From the NCBI GenBank assembly GCA_964589645.1, contig CAZPSN010000005.1, positions 18,865 through 82,864 of the forward strand: a stretch of DNA of 64,000 nucleotides, written 5' to 3'. Shown piece after piece: positions 37,388 through 48,591 of this stretch; the first letter of the stretch is position 1; each line of letters starts with the position of its first letter. This DNA is from an uncultured Desulfovibrionaceae bacterium (lineage in GTDB: Bacteria; Desulfobacterota; Desulfovibrionia; Desulfovibrionales; Desulfomicrobiaceae). The position numbers and the translations under genes were made by a program. The notes beneath the pieces were generated by a model, which had not been told where the DNA came from, searched no databases, and worked only from the letters and a program-made list of their open reading frames with translations.

Positions 37388-40300
37388 TTACCTCTTCCTT
37401 GGGCGTTTCTTGTCATCCTCGATAAGGGTGACCTCAAGGCCCAGGGCCATCATTTCCTTGACCAAGACGTTGAATGATTCAGGCATGCCACTTTCGAGGA
37501 AATTGGAACCCTTCACAATCTTTTCATACATTTTGACTCGACCGTTCACGTCGTCGGACTTGACCGTCAGGAATTCCTGCAGCAGGTACGCTGCCCCGTA
37601 GGCTTCCAGAGCCCAGACTTCCATCTCGCCCAGGCGCTGGCCGCCAAACTGGGCCTTGCCGCCCAAGGGTTGCTGGGTGACCAAAGAGTAGGGGCCGGTG
37701 GACCGGGCGTGAATCTTTTCGTCGACCAAATGGTGCAGCTTCAAGTAGTACATGTACCCGACAGTGACGCGGTTGTGAAACGGCACGCCGGTGCGACCAT
37801 CGTACAGCAGCGCCTTGCCATCCTCGGGCAGGCCGGCCTTCTTCAGAAGGCCCCAGATCTCGGACTCATCGGCGCCGTCAAAAACCGGTGTCTTCATGAC
37901 GATACCCTTGTTCAGGGCTTTGGCCGCGTCCTGAACCTCGTCATCGGCCATAGAGTCAATCAAGGTGGACGTCTCCTCATCCGAGAAGACTTCTTTCATT
38001 TCCTTGCGGAGGATCTCCACGGCCTTGTCGGCCATGGCCGCAAACTGCTGTCCCAGGGTCTTGGCAGCCCATCCGAGATGGGTTTCCATGATCTGGCCAA
38101 TGTTCATGCGCGAAGGCACGCCCAGCGGATTCAGCACCACGTCCATCGGAGTGCCGTCGGAGAAAAAGGGCATGTCTTCTTCAGGCAGGATATTGGACAC
38201 GACGCCCTTGTTTCCGTGTCGGCCGGCCATCTTGTCGCCGACATTAAGTTTGCGTTTCACGGCGACGTACACCTTGGCCATCTTGATCACACCAGGAGGC
38301 AGATCATCACCCTCGGTGACCTTTCCGCGCTTGTTCTCATAGACGTCCTTGATGAACTTGAGTTGCAGGTCAAATATCTCGAACTGGGCTTTGACGGCAT
38401 CATTGATATCCTTGCCGGCAAAGGCCCCCGCGAGCTTCTTGAGGGGCATTTCGAGGAAAACCTCTTCCCTGATGGGCTGACCAGCCTCAATGAGCACCTC
38501 ACCCTTGCGCTTGCCCATGACGGTTTTGGCTAGGCTTTTGCCTTTGCATATCTCCCAAATCTTACGCCGAGTGGCTTCGGTCAGGGCCGCGGCATGCTGC
38601 CGCTCGCGCACATCAATGCGCTCAAGTTCGTAGTTTTCGATCTGTCTGGTGCGCTCATCCTTGTCACCCGAACGGCGATTGAAGACTTTGACGTCGATGA
38701 CCGTACCTTCAATCCCCGGCGGGACCTTGAGAGACGTGTTTTTGACATCACGCGCCTTGTCGCCGAAAATGGCCCGCAAAAGGCGCTCTTCGGGAGTGAG
38801 CTGCGTCTCGCCCTTGGGCGTGATCTTACCCACCAAAATGTCGTCGGGTTTGACCTTGGCCCCGATGCGGATGATACCGCTGTCATCAAGATTTCTGAGC
38901 ATTTCCTCGCCAACATTGGGAATGTCTCGAGTGACTTCCTCCGGCCCGAGCTTGGTGTCGCGAGCAAAAACGTCGAACTCTTCAATGTGGATGGAAGTGT
39001 AGACATCCTCTTTGACCACGCGTTCGGAAATGAGGATGGAGTCTTCGTAGTTGTATCCGCACCATGGCATGAAGGCCACGAGCAGGTTTTTGCCCAGGGC
39101 CAGTTCGCCATCACGTATGGCTGGGCCATCGGCCAGGACAACTCCCTTCCTTACCCTGTCTCCGACCTGCACGCGTGGCTTTTGGCCAAAGCAGCTGTTC
39201 TGGTTGGACTTGTGGTACTTCTGGAGTTCGTAAAAGCGAACCCCTCCGGCCTCCAGGTATAGGTCCTCGGAGTAGGCAACGATGACCCGATCAGCGTCAA
39301 CGTACATGATCTCTCCGTCACCCTCTGCCAGGAGGCAGCTGCCGGAGTCCTGAGCCACCTTGCCCTCTATTCCTGTTCCGACCAGGGGTTCCTCGGTCAC
39401 CAACAGCGGCACAGACTGGCGCTGCATGTTCGACCCCATAAGCGCGCGGTTGGCATCGTCATGCTCCAGGAAGGGAATGAGCGCCGAAGAGATGGACACG
39501 ATCTGACCGGGAGAAATGTCCATCAATGATACTTCCTCACGCGGCACAATGGCGAATTCGCCTTCAACCCGTGCCTCGACCTGGACATTCCGAAACTGGC
39601 GGGTTTTCTCGTCAAAAAGCGCATTGGCCTGAGCAATGATATGCCCGCTTTCGGTTGAGGCCTCCATGTAACTGATCTCGTCCGTGACATACCCATCCTT
39701 GACGACGCGGTACGGAGTCTCAATGAATCCGTAATCGTTGACCAGTCCGTGCGTGGTCAAAGAGACAATGAGGCCGATGTTCGGACCTTCAGGAGTCTCA
39801 ATGGGACAAATACGGCCGTAGTGACTCAGATGCACGTCACGGACTTCGAAACCGGCACGCTCACGGGTCAGACCGCCAGGCCCGAGAGCGGACAGGCGGC
39901 GTTTGTGAGTAACTTCTGAAAGTGGATTGGTCTGATCCATGAACTGGGACAGCTGCGAAGTGCCAAAAAACTCCTTGAGCACAGCCGTGACCGGCTTCGG
40001 ATTGACCAGGTCATGGGGCATGAGCGTGGCCACTTCCTGCAGGCTCATGCGTTCCTTAATAGCTCGCTCCATGCGCACCAGACCGATACGGTACTGATTC
40101 TCGACCAACTCACCCACAGGCCGCACCCGACGGTTGCCCAAATGATCGATGTCATCAGCCGGGCCATGGGAGTCCTTGAGCTGGACAAGCTTCTTCACTG
40201 ACCGAAAGATGTCATCATTGGACAACGTGCGGTGATCAATGGGAAGGCTCAACCCCAAGCGGGAATTTAGCTTGTAGCGCCCAACAGGCGAAAGATCATA

Positions 40301-41482
40301 ATAGTCCGGATTACGGAACAAATTATCGAAAAAGCTGGCCGATATCTCGGCCGTGGGTGGCGAACTGGGACGCAGGCGTTTGTAGATGTCGATCTGGGCG
40401 CTCTCCAGGTCTTCACACTTGTCCATGGCCAGAGTGTCGCGCAAACAGGAAGACACCTCGGCGCCGGATGAAAAAATTGCCCCAAGTTCGGTGATACCCG
40501 CGGCGATACACTTTTCCACAGCGGATGCGATAAACGGATCACCGGCTCGCACGATGACTTCACCGGTCTGAGGATCAACGACATCGGCGGCGGCGTACTC
40601 TGTTTCCAGAGTCTCGGGACGCACCTCGTAATACTCAATCCCGGCCTTGAGCATCCGCTTCCACATACCCTTGGTCAAAGCCTTGCCCGCAGACACAATG
40701 GGCGTCCCGTCGGGCGTGACTATATCCGTATGGGCGATTTCCTTGCGGAAATTATACTCTTCCAGACGCCGAAAGACCGAGGATCCCTCTAGGCGGAAGG
40801 TTTCCTTGTCGTAGTAATAGGCCAGGATATCTTCGCTGGTCATGCCCATCGCCTTGAGCAGGATCGTTGCGGGCATCTTCCGACGGCGATCGATGCGCAC
40901 ATAGAGGATATCCTTGTGGTCGAAATCGAAATCGAGCCACGATCCACGCATTGGGATGATGCGACAACTATAAAGAATCTTCCGGCTGGAATGCGTTTTC
41001 CCAGAGTCATGCTCGAAAATGATGCCGGGCGAACGCTGCAGCTGGTTCACGATGACACGCTCGGTCCCATTGATCAAAAACGTCCCTTTCTGAGTGATCA
41101 GAGGGATGGTGCCAAAATAAATGTCCTGCTCCTTGATGTCGTGAATGGTGCGGCTTCCAGAAGCCTCATCTACATCGTACACAGCAAGACGGACCTTGAT
41201 GCGCAAAGGAGCTTCGTATGTCAGTCCCTTAGAAATGCACTCATCAACATCGTACTTAGGCTTACCAATATCATAGCTGACATATTCCAGCGTTGCTGTC
41301 TTATTAAAATCATGGATAGGAAATACAGAACGAAATACGCCTTCAAGACCGATGTCTGTACGCATACTGGAAGAAACATCAGTCTGTAGAAATTTATTGT
41401 ATGAATCGAGTTGAAGGCTTAAAAGATGAGGGATGTCAATGGAATCTTTGATTCGTCCGAATTTCTTGATCAGTTTGTTCAT
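37388..41482 (-). CDS. rpoB: RNA polymerase subunit beta
   Basis: [31 protein letters not shown]. Confidence 0.99.
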   Translation of the reverse strand: MNKLIKKFGRIKDSIDIPHLLSLQLDSYNKFLQTDVSSSMRTDIGLEGVFRSVFPIHDFNKTATLEYVSYDIGKPKYDVDECISKGLTYEAPLRIKVRLAVYDVDEASGSRTIHDIKEQDIYFGTIPLITQKGTFLINGTERVIVNQLQRSPGIIFEHDSGKTHSSRKILYSCRIIPMRGSWLDFDFDHKDILYVRIDRRRKMPATILLKAMGMTSEDILAYYYDKETFRLEGSSVFRRLEEYNFRKEIAHTDIVTPDGTPIVSAGKALTKGMWKRMLKAGIEYYEVRPETLETEYAAADVVDPQTGEVIVRAGDPFIASAVEKCIAAGITELGAIFSSGAEVSSCLRDTLAMDKCEDLESAQIDIYKRLRPSSPPTAEISASFFDNLFRNPDYYDLSPVGRYKLNSRLGLSLPIDHRTLSNDDIFRSVKKLVQLKDSHGPADDIDHLGNRRVRPVGELVENQYRIGLVRMERAIKERMSLQEVATLMPHDLVNPKPVTAVLKEFFGTSQLSQFMDQTNPLSEVTHKRRLSALGPGGLTRERAGFEVRDVHLSHYGRICPIETPEGPNIGLIVSLTTHGLVNDYGFIETPYRVVKDGYVTDEISYMEASTESGHIIAQANALFDEKTRQFRNVQVEARVEGEFAIVPREEVSLMDISPGQIVSISSALIPFLEHDDANRALMGSNMQRQSVPLLVTEEPLVGTGIEGKVAQDSGSCLLAEGDGEIMYVDADRVIVAYSEDLYLEAGGVRFYELQKYHKSNQNSCFGQKPRVQVGDRVRKGVVLADGPAIRDGELALGKNLLVAFMPWCGYNYEDSILISERVVKEDVYTSIHIEEFDVFARDTKLGPEEVTRDIPNVGEEMLRNLDDSGIIRIGAKVKPDDILVGKITPKGETQLTPEERLLRAIFGDKARDVKNTSLKVPPGIEGTVIDVKVFNRRSGDKDERTRQIENYELERIDVRERQHAAALTEATRRKIWEICKGKSLAKTVMGKRKGEVLIEAGQPIREEVFLEMPLKKLAGAFAGKDINDAVKAQFEIFDLQLKFIKDVYENKRGKVTEGDDLPPGVIKMAKVYVAVKRKLNVGDKMAGRHGNKGVVSNILPEEDMPFFSDGTPMDVVLNPLGVPSRMNIGQIMETHLGWAAKTLGQQFAAMADKAVEILRKEMKEVFSDEETSTLIDSMADDEVQDAAKALNKGIVMKTPVFDGADESEIWGLLKKAGLPEDGKALLYDGRTGVPFHNRVTVGYMYYLKLHHLVDEKIHARSTGPYSLVTQQPLGGKAQFGGQRLGEMEVWALEAYGAAYLLQEFLTVKSDDVNGRVKMYEKIVKGSNFLESGMPESFNVLVKEMMALGLEVTLIEDDKKRPRKR

Positions 41483-41597
41483 CGTTTCCCCTCAGGAAAT
41501 GGGATGTTGCTGGGCAGGCAAAGCGTTCTGAGACCAAAGGGAGATGGTGAAGATCACGAAGGTCGCAGCTGCCGACGCTAACGGCATAGTGTTACAT

Positions 41598-41646
41598 AAA
41601 AAGGCGTAAAGAGTGTAAGAGGTTTTTTTCCCCTTACACTCTTTAC
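41598..41646 (-). terminator. Terminator/attenuator between rplL and rpoB
   Basis: 14-bp inverted repeat GTAAAGAGTGTAAG/CTTACACTCTTTAC followed by a T-run on the minus strand. Confidence 0.7.
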
Positions 41647-41672
41647 AAAGAGTCAATCAAGAAGACAAAAGA

Positions 41673-42056
41673 CTACTTGATTTCAACCTTCGCGCCAGCT
41701 TCTTCAAGCTGCTTCTTGGCATCATTGGCGGCATCCTTGGCGGCGGCCTCGAGAATGACGGACGGGGTCTCGTCAACCTTGGCCTTGGCTTCCTTCAGAC
41801 CGAGGCTGGTCAGAGCGCGGACGACCTTGATGACGCCGATCTTGTTGGCACCGGCTTCCTTCAGGACAACGTCGAATTCGGTTTTTTCCTCTTCCTGGGC
41901 TTCCGCAGCAGCTGCGGGGGCGGCTGCAAAAGCGGCCACGGGGGCGGCTGCAGACACACCGAACTTCTCTTCGAGTTCCTTGATGAAGACGGAAAGTTCC
42001 AACACAGACATGTTGGCAATAAATTCGACGACCTGTTCCTTGGTGATATCAGACAT
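41673..42056 (-). CDS. rplL: 50S ribosomal protein L7/L12
   Basis: [25 protein letters not shown]. Confidence 0.98.
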   Translation of the reverse strand: MSDITKEQVVEFIANMSVLELSVFIKELEEKFGVSAAAPVAAFAAAPAAAAEAQEEEKTEFDVVLKEAGANKIGVIKVVRALTSLGLKEAKAKVDETPSVILEAAAKDAANDAKKQLEEAGAKVEIK

Positions 42057-42085
42057 GTGATCCTCCTAAATAGATGGCAATTGGC

Positions 42086-42607
42086 TCATTCTTCTTTTTT
42101 GTCTTTGAGTGCGGTCAACACATTGACCATGCCTCGAATAACATTGGCAAAGAGAGAAACAAAATTCTGCGGCACGGCGTTCATGGTGCCAAGAACAGAT
42201 GCGAGCAACTGTTCGCGACCGGGCAGTTCGGACAGGGCCTTGATCGAGGCCGCCTCCAAAAACTTGCCATCCAGACTTGCATAGCGCACGGAAAACTTGT
42301 CATTCTTCTTCGCAAACTCAACCAGGACCTTTGCAGCGACGACAGGATCGTCATAGCCGAAAGCCACGGCACAGTTGTACTTCAAGTGATCGTTGAGCAC
42401 ACTGTGGGGTCCTTCCACGAAAGCCTTGCGAGCCAGAGTGTTCTTGACGACGTGATAGTCGCACCCCGCTTCGTGCAGCTTGACACGCAGTGGAGTTAAC
42501 TCCGCCACTTTGAGCCCGTGAAAGTCCGTGACAATGGCGATGTTCGCCTTGTCAGCCTTCTCCTTCAGGCCATCGATGATTTTTGCTTTTTCTGCCCTAT
42601 TCACCAC
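42086..42607 (-). CDS. rplJ: 50S ribosomal protein L10
   Basis: VVKNTLA, LP.REQLL; GTG start at 42607 or 42604. Confidence 0.97.
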   Translation of the reverse strand: MVNRAEKAKIIDGLKEKADKANIAIVTDFHGLKVAELTPLRVKLHEAGCDYHVVKNTLARKAFVEGPHSVLNDHLKYNCAVAFGYDDPVVAAKVLVEFAKKNDKFSVRYASLDGKFLEAASIKALSELPGREQLLASVLGTMNAVPQNFVSLFANVIRGMVNVLTALKDKKEE

Positions 42608-42624
42608 ACACCTCTCTATAAGCT

Positions 42625-42695
42625 AGGCAGAATGAGCCAAAGCAGTCTCGGCAGGGTATTAAGGAAAATCCACCTGCAGTCTCTGACTCATCTAC
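42625..42695 (-). promoter_or_regulatory. L10 leader (ribosomal protein autoregulatory RNA)
   Basis: Minus strand GAGACTGCAGG...TTAA...CCTGCCGAGAC in the rplA-rplJ gap, resembling the known L10-leader core. Confidence 0.75.
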
Positions 42696-42707
42696 TTGTT
42701 GGAAACC

Positions 42708-43412
42708 TTATTCTCCGGCTTTACGCAGTGACGCAGCATCGACCTTGACGCCGGGGCCCATGGTCGAGGACAATGAAACGGCCTTGACGTAGGTACCCTT
42801 GGCCGTGGACGGCTTGAGTTTGATCAAGGCATCCACCACAGTGCGCAAGTTGCCCAACAGCTTATCGGTGCCGAATGACACCTTGCCTATGGGCGCATGA
42901 ATAACACCGGCCTTATCAACACGGAACTCAACCTTGCCGGCCAGGAGTTCCTGTATGGCTTTTTCGAGGTCCGGAGTGACAGTGCCCGTTTTGGCGTTGG
43001 GCATCAGTCCCCGCGGCCCAAGAATCTTGCCGATTTTACCGACATGACCCATCATGTCAGGCGTAGCCACAGCCTTGTCGAAATCAAGCCAACCACCCTT
43101 GATCTTCTCGACAAGCTCGTCGCCACCGGCATCAATGGCTCCAGCATTGCGGGCTTTCTCTTCGTTTTCGCCCTTACAGAAGGCGACAACGCGTACCGTT
43201 TTGCCAAGACCGTGAGGCAGCGACACTGCGCCGCGAACCATCTGGTCGGAGTATTTCGGGTTAACGCCGAGATTCACCGCGAGATCGACAGTTTCATCAA
43301 ATTTCACATACGAGCTTTTGAGAACCAGCTCGACCGCTTCCGACACATCGTACATCTTGAGACCATCAATGGCCTCGCATGCTTTCTGAAATTTCTTACC
43401 GTGCTTGGGCAT
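42708..43412 (-). CDS. rplA: 50S ribosomal protein L1
   Basis: [28 protein letters not shown]. Confidence 0.98.
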   Translation of the reverse strand: MPKHGKKFQKACEAIDGLKMYDVSEAVELVLKSSYVKFDETVDLAVNLGVNPKYSDQMVRGAVSLPHGLGKTVRVVAFCKGENEEKARNAGAIDAGGDELVEKIKGGWLDFDKAVATPDMMGHVGKIGKILGPRGLMPNAKTGTVTPDLEKAIQELLAGKVEFRVDKAGVIHAPIGKVSFGTDKLLGNLRTVVDALIKLKPSTAKGTYVKAVSLSSTMGPGVKVDAASLRKAGE

Positions 43413-43427
43413 AGCTCGCTTACTCCC

Positions 43428-43850
43428 TTATTCCACTTCGATTCCCATGCTGCGCGCAGTGCCCATGATGGTATTGCACGCTGCCTTCAGATCATAAGCC
43501 GACAAGTCTGGCATTTTGATCTTCGCGATCTCCTCGACCTGCGCCATGCTCACTTTGCCCACCTTTTTCTTGTTGGGCTCGCCGGATCCTTTCTGCAATT
43601 TGGCAGCCTTGACCAGAAGCACCGCTGCCGGAGGAGTCTTGGTGACAAAGGTGAACGAACGATCAGAAAAAACCGTGATCTCGACAGGTATTATCATACC
43701 TTTGTCGTTCATCGTCTTGGCGTTGTACGCTTTGCAGAACTCCATGATATTCACGCCATGCTGACCCAAAGCGGGCCCAACGGGAGGCGAAGGGTTCGCG
43801 GCGCCGGCGGGAAGTTGCAACTTAATTATTGCATTTATTTTCTTGGCCAT
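43428..43850 (-). CDS. rplK: 50S ribosomal protein L11
   Basis: [22 protein letters not shown]. Confidence 0.98.
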   Translation of the reverse strand: MAKKINAIIKLQLPAGAANPSPPVGPALGQHGVNIMEFCKAYNAKTMNDKGMIIPVEITVFSDRSFTFVTKTPPAAVLLVKAAKLQKGSGEPNKKKVGKVSMAQVEEIAKIKMPDLSAYDLKAACNTIMGTARSMGIEVE

Positions 43851-43874
43851 AACACTACCTCATCTCTAAAATTA

Positions 43875-44417
43875 TCAGCCTTTGGTCACCTGGACAAAAT
43901 CCAGTTCGACAGGCGTTTGTCGTCCAAAAATAGAAACCGAGACACGCAACTTGCCCTTGTCGTAGTTGACGTCTTCGACAGTGGCATTGAAATTCGCAAA
44001 AGGACCGTCGATCACTCGCACATCATCGCCACGCTCAAAGTGGAATTTGGGCCTGGGCTGCTCCTTCCTGCTTTCAATGGTCGCCAGGATACGCTGAGCT
44101 TCCTTGTCAGTCAGGGGTACCGGTCGGCTTTTCCCTCCGATGAAGCCAGTCACTTTCGGAATGGACTGGATCATGTGCCAGGAATCGTCGGTAAAAACCA
44201 TCTTGACCATGGCGTAGCCAGGATAGAACTTGCGCGTGGAAGTTCGCTTTTGTCCCTTGATCAATTCGACGATCTTTTCTGTTGGAACGATTACGTCCTC
44301 GACCAGACCCTTGGCCTGTCCGGTACGGATCATCTCACGAATGGTCTGCTCCACCCGCTGTTCGAAACCCGAATACGTGTGAATAATGTACCAGCGCGCC
44401 TTTGGTTCGTCGCTCAT
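43875..44417 (-). CDS. nusG: Transcription termination/antitermination factor NusG
   Basis: WYIIHTYSGFE, KFYPGY, KOW motif DGPF, IFGRQTPVEL; start at ATG 44417. Confidence 0.97.
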   Translation of the reverse strand: MSDEPKARWYIIHTYSGFEQRVEQTIREMIRTGQAKGLVEDVIVPTEKIVELIKGQKRTSTRKFYPGYAMVKMVFTDDSWHMIQSIPKVTGFIGGKSRPVPLTDKEAQRILATIESRKEQPRPKFHFERGDDVRVIDGPFANFNATVEDVNYDKGKLRVSVSIFGRQTPVELDFVQVTKG

Positions 44418-44427
44418 GATCTCCATC

Positions 44428-44670
44428 CTATGACAGAATGGCTGCAATAATTTTGGTCAAAACCAAATCCACAGCGCCAAGGAAAAATGCCATGACGACA
44501 ACCAGCAATAAAACGGCCGAACTGGTACTGATGGTCTCTTGCTTGTCAGGCCAGACAACCTTTTTCAGCTCCACTTTTGACTGCTCAAAGAAACCGCGAA
44601 AATCATCAAATTTCTGCGCGATCCCTTGTTTCTGCAATTCTGCCTCGGCGTTCTTTTTCATTGTGCCCAT
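44428..44670 (-). CDS. secE: Preprotein translocase subunit SecE
   Basis: ELKKVVWP followed by one TM segment; between tRNA-Trp and nusG. Confidence 0.95.
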   Translation of the reverse strand: MGTMKKNAEAELQKQGIAQKFDDFRGFFEQSKVELKKVVWPDKQETISTSSAVLLLVVVMAFFLGAVDLVLTKIIAAILS

Positions 44671-44684
44671 CGCAAGTTATTATA

Positions 44685-44760
44685 TGGCAGGCCAGGAGGG
44701 ATTCGAACCCCCAGCCCTCGGATTTGGAGTCCGATGCTCTACCGTTAGAGCTACTGGCCT
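44685..44760 (-). tRNA. tRNA-Trp (CCA)
   Basis: AGGCCAG...CTCCAAA anticodon loop...GTTCGAATC...CTGGCCTGCCA; 76 nt. Confidence 0.96.
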
Positions 44761-44814
44761 GCGTGACGAAAATATATGGTGCGGATTTAGCGTTGCGGCA
44801 TCCGCACCAACTCA

Positions 44815-44964
44815 CTATTTCGATTCACGGTGCTTTCTGTGCCCACCACAAAAGGGACAGAACTTGCTGATTTCAAGTTTGGCAGTCGTGTTCTTTTTGT
44901 TCTTTTGTGTCGAGTAATTGCGACGCTTGCAATCAACGCACGCCAGAAGAATGTTGATACGCAT
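44815..44964 (-). CDS. rpmG: 50S ribosomal protein L33 (zinc-binding form)
   Basis: Hand-translated 49 aa MRINILLACVDCKRRNYSTQKNKKNT...KFCPFCGGHRKHRESK. Confidence 0.97.
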   Translation of the reverse strand: MRINILLACVDCKRRNYSTQKNKKNTTAKLEISKFCPFCGGHRKHRESK

Positions 44965-44967
44965 CCG

Positions 44968-46161
<1,194 letters not shown>

Positions 46162-46268
46162 ACATTACCCCCTAATGAAATTACGAATTACTCGAATAGG
46201 AAAAAATGGTGTGCGCCGAAGAACAAGACTGGATTTAGTGGAGGCGTTGGACTTGTGAGACGAGGTAA

Positions 46269-46344
46269 TGGAGCGGGAAACGGGACTCGAACCCGCAACC
46301 CTCAGCTTGGAAGGCTGATGCTCTAGCCATTGAGCTACTCCCGC
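46269..46344 (-). tRNA. tRNA-Gly (TCC)
   Basis: GCGGGAG...CTTCCAA loop...GTTCGAGTC...TTCCCGCTCCA. Confidence 0.96.
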
Positions 46345-46410
46345 ATGTCATCTCAGTAGTCGAACGACAGTCTTGTTACTGTCTCCTACTGTTTTTCGCG
46401 ATCATCAACT

Positions 46411-46496
46411 TGGTGGAGGGGGGAGGATTTGAACCTCCGAAGGCGTTCGCCGACAGATTTACAGTCTGTTCCCTTTGGCCACTCGGGAACCCCTCC
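46411..46496 (-). tRNA. tRNA-Tyr (GTA)
   Basis: GGAGGGG...CTGTAAA loop, long variable arm, CCA end; 86 nt. Confidence 0.96.
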
Positions 46497-46503
46497 GTTC
46501 GCC

Positions 46504-46578
46504 TGGAGCTGGCGATGGGACTTGAACCCGCAACCTGCTGATTACAAGTCAGCGGCTCTACCGTTGAGCTACGCCAGC
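46504..46578 (-). tRNA. tRNA-Thr (TGT)
   Basis: GCTGGCG...CTTGTAA loop...CGCCAGCTCCA. Confidence 0.96.
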
Positions 46579-46639
46579 CCGCAAGAACGTCGTCATTATT
46601 GGGATTCAAACCTAATGGCAAGCATTATTTTCTGGAAGC

Positions 46640-46663
46640 AAAAAAAAACGCCTCGCGGCGTTT
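46640..46663 (-). terminator. Intrinsic terminator after lpxC
   Basis: AAACGCC-GCGA-GGCG followed by T9 on the minus strand. Confidence 0.8.
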
Positions 46664-46669
46664 CTCAGA

Positions 46670-47593
46670 TCAGGCCCAAGCCGGGACGCCTGCGGGCAAG
46701 GCCGCGGGCTCGGGCAAACGAACCGGCTGGATTGAAGCGTCCAAGGTCGCAAACTCGAGATATTCTGCCTGGTTTTCGAAAAGATAACGCATAAAACGGT
46801 TATTGAACTCATGACCGGAGCAGACAACCTCAAAATGCCCCCACAAACGGTGACTCCCGACAGCTATGTCGCCCATGAAGTCCAAAATCTTGTGCCGGAC
46901 CATTTCATCGGCAAAACGCAGCCCCTCTGGATTGACCACCCCGTAATCATCGAAAACCACTGCGTTCTCGAGTGTCCCGCCCAAGGCAAGGCCATTCTTC
47001 TGCATCCATTCGACATCCCGCATGAATCCAAATGTTCTGGCGCGCGCGATGCGATATGCGAAGGAAAAGGGACTGGATTCAAAAGAGAACGTCTGCGCAC
47101 CGATCATGGGATGAGCGAAAGAAATTCGGTAATCTATCTTGAGCCCATTGAATGGCTTGGCGGTTACGCGCTTACCGTCTTGCTCGAAGGTCAGGGGACG
47201 TGAAATTTTAGCTACTCGCCGCGGACGATCAAGCACCCTAATCCCGGCGGAGTTGACTAGATAGACATAGACAGAAGCGCTCCCATCCAAGATCGGAAGT
47301 TCTTCCCCATCGACTTCAATCAGGACGTTGTCCACTTCCAACCCGACAAGGGCAGCCAGGAGATGCTCGACAGTGGCAATCTTAACCCTCTCTGTGCCCA
47401 GAGTCGTCGCCAACCCCGTAGCCACGACACGGCTTGGCTCTGGGACCACGACCTGCCGCCCATTCTTGGTCAGCAGCGAAAAAACCACACCCGTATCTGC
47501 GCCGGCTGGCTTGAGCACCATTTCGACTTTCTGGCCACTGTGCAACCCAACGCCTGAGCACCGAATTTCTTTTTTAAGTGTCGTCTGCTTCAT
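46670..47593 (-). CDS. lpxC: UDP-3-O-acyl-N-acetylglucosamine deacetylase
   Basis: GVGLHSG, TVEHLL, PILDGS, ARTFGF, RHKILD, SGH. Confidence 0.97.
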   Translation of the reverse strand: MKQTTLKKEIRCSGVGLHSGQKVEMVLKPAGADTGVVFSLLTKNGRQVVVPEPSRVVATGLATTLGTERVKIATVEHLLAALVGLEVDNVLIEVDGEELPILDGSASVYVYLVNSAGIRVLDRPRRVAKISRPLTFEQDGKRVTAKPFNGLKIDYRISFAHPMIGAQTFSFESSPFSFAYRIARARTFGFMRDVEWMQKNGLALGGTLENAVVFDDYGVVNPEGLRFADEMVRHKILDFMGDIAVGSHRLWGHFEVVCSGHEFNNRFMRYLFENQAEYLEFATLDASIQPVRLPEPAALPAGVPAWA

Positions 47594-47604
47594 AGCTCGA
47601 CATG

Positions 47605-47621
47605 TTCAAACCTCGTGCCAA
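47605..47621 (-). promoter_or_regulatory. Putative sigma54 promoter of lpxC
   Basis: TTGGCACGAGGTTTGAA: a perfect -24 element and a GA variant at -12. Confidence 0.6.
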
Positions 47622-47717
47622 ACAATCAATAATTATAACAATCCAAAATAAAAGACAATCTCAATGCGCACCCACTCCAATCCTCTCAATCGTGGCCTGC
47701 AAGCAACACATTTGGTG

Positions 47718-48560
47718 CTAAAAAACAACAACCGCCAATCGTTGTTTTCCCGCCAAGTCCCTCTCGATCCGAATATCCCGCGCAAGCGGCTGTAACAACT
47801 CGGCCATGGCCTGTCCTTGCGTGTGGTCGATTTCACATAGCAAACGCGTACCAGGTGCAACGCAGCCGGCCAGACCATTGGCCAGTGCACGATAACAGCT
47901 CATCCCGTCCGGACCCGCGAAAAGAGCTCCCCAGGGCTCGTATTTTCGAACCTCCATACTCATAACCTGGAGCATGGAGTCAGGCACGTAGGGTAAATTT
48001 GCCAATATGATATCAAATTGACTGACACGCAATGCCTCCACAAGGTCGACTTGGACGAACGATATGCGACCCTGGACGTCATGAGTATTGGCGTTGACCT
48101 TTGCAACGCGCAAAGCAGCCTCACACACGTCGGTGGCGACCAGACTAAATCGCGGAAACATCCACGCGCAGGTTACGGCCAGAGCGCCGCTTCCCGTGCC
48201 GATATCCAAGACCTTGCGCGACTCATCTCGACCGTATGACGAAAGTAAATGATCGATGATCATCTCCGTTTCAGGGCGAGGAATGAGCACTCCTGGCCCG
48301 ACTTGGAACTCCAGGCCATAAAACTCCTTTTTGCCAACTAGGTAGGCAACAGGCTCACCCTGGATACGACGCCTGGCCAAAGCCCGCATGTATTCCTGGC
48401 TCTCATATGTGACAACAGCCTGCAGATTCAATAGCATCTCAAGCCGAGCTGTCTGCAGAACGTGCGCCAGCAGGACCTGAGCCGAGAGACGTGGAGAATC
48501 GACCCCTGCTTGCTCAAAAGCCTTTTCCCAATGGATGAGGATGTTGCGTCGGGATTGCAT
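47718..48560 (-). CDS. prmC: Release factor glutamine methyltransferase PrmC/HemK
   Basis: GEPVAY, LIPRPETE, DIGTGSG, NLPY; follows prfA. Confidence 0.95.
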   Translation of the reverse strand: MQSRRNILIHWEKAFEQAGVDSPRLSAQVLLAHVLQTARLEMLLNLQAVVTYESQEYMRALARRRIQGEPVAYLVGKKEFYGLEFQVGPGVLIPRPETEMIIDHLLSSYGRDESRKVLDIGTGSGALAVTCAWMFPRFSLVATDVCEAALRVAKVNANTHDVQGRISFVQVDLVEALRVSQFDIILANLPYVPDSMLQVMSMEVRKYEPWGALFAGPDGMSCYRALANGLAGCVAPGTRLLCEIDHTQGQAMAELLQPLARDIRIERDLAGKQRLAVVVF

Positions 48561-48564
48561 GGGC

Positions 48565-48591
48565 AAAAAAAAAAAGCCGAGTTTCCTCAGC
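48565..48591 (-). terminator. Intrinsic terminator overlapping the prfA stop codon
   Basis: GCTGAG-GAAA-CTCGGC followed by T11; the TGA in the 5' arm is the prfA stop. Confidence 0.75.

Noticed and set aside
44777..44809. Hairpin TGGTGCGGAT...ATCCGCACCA between rpmG and tRNA-Trp as a mini-tRNA or repeat element
   Set aside because: It is a single stem with no cloverleaf and no second copy seen; most likely a processing or pausing hairpin.
46200..46268. Possible tRNA-Thr remnant before tuf (minus strand ends in ...GCACACCA)
   Set aside because: No recognisable T-loop, D-arm or anticodon stem.
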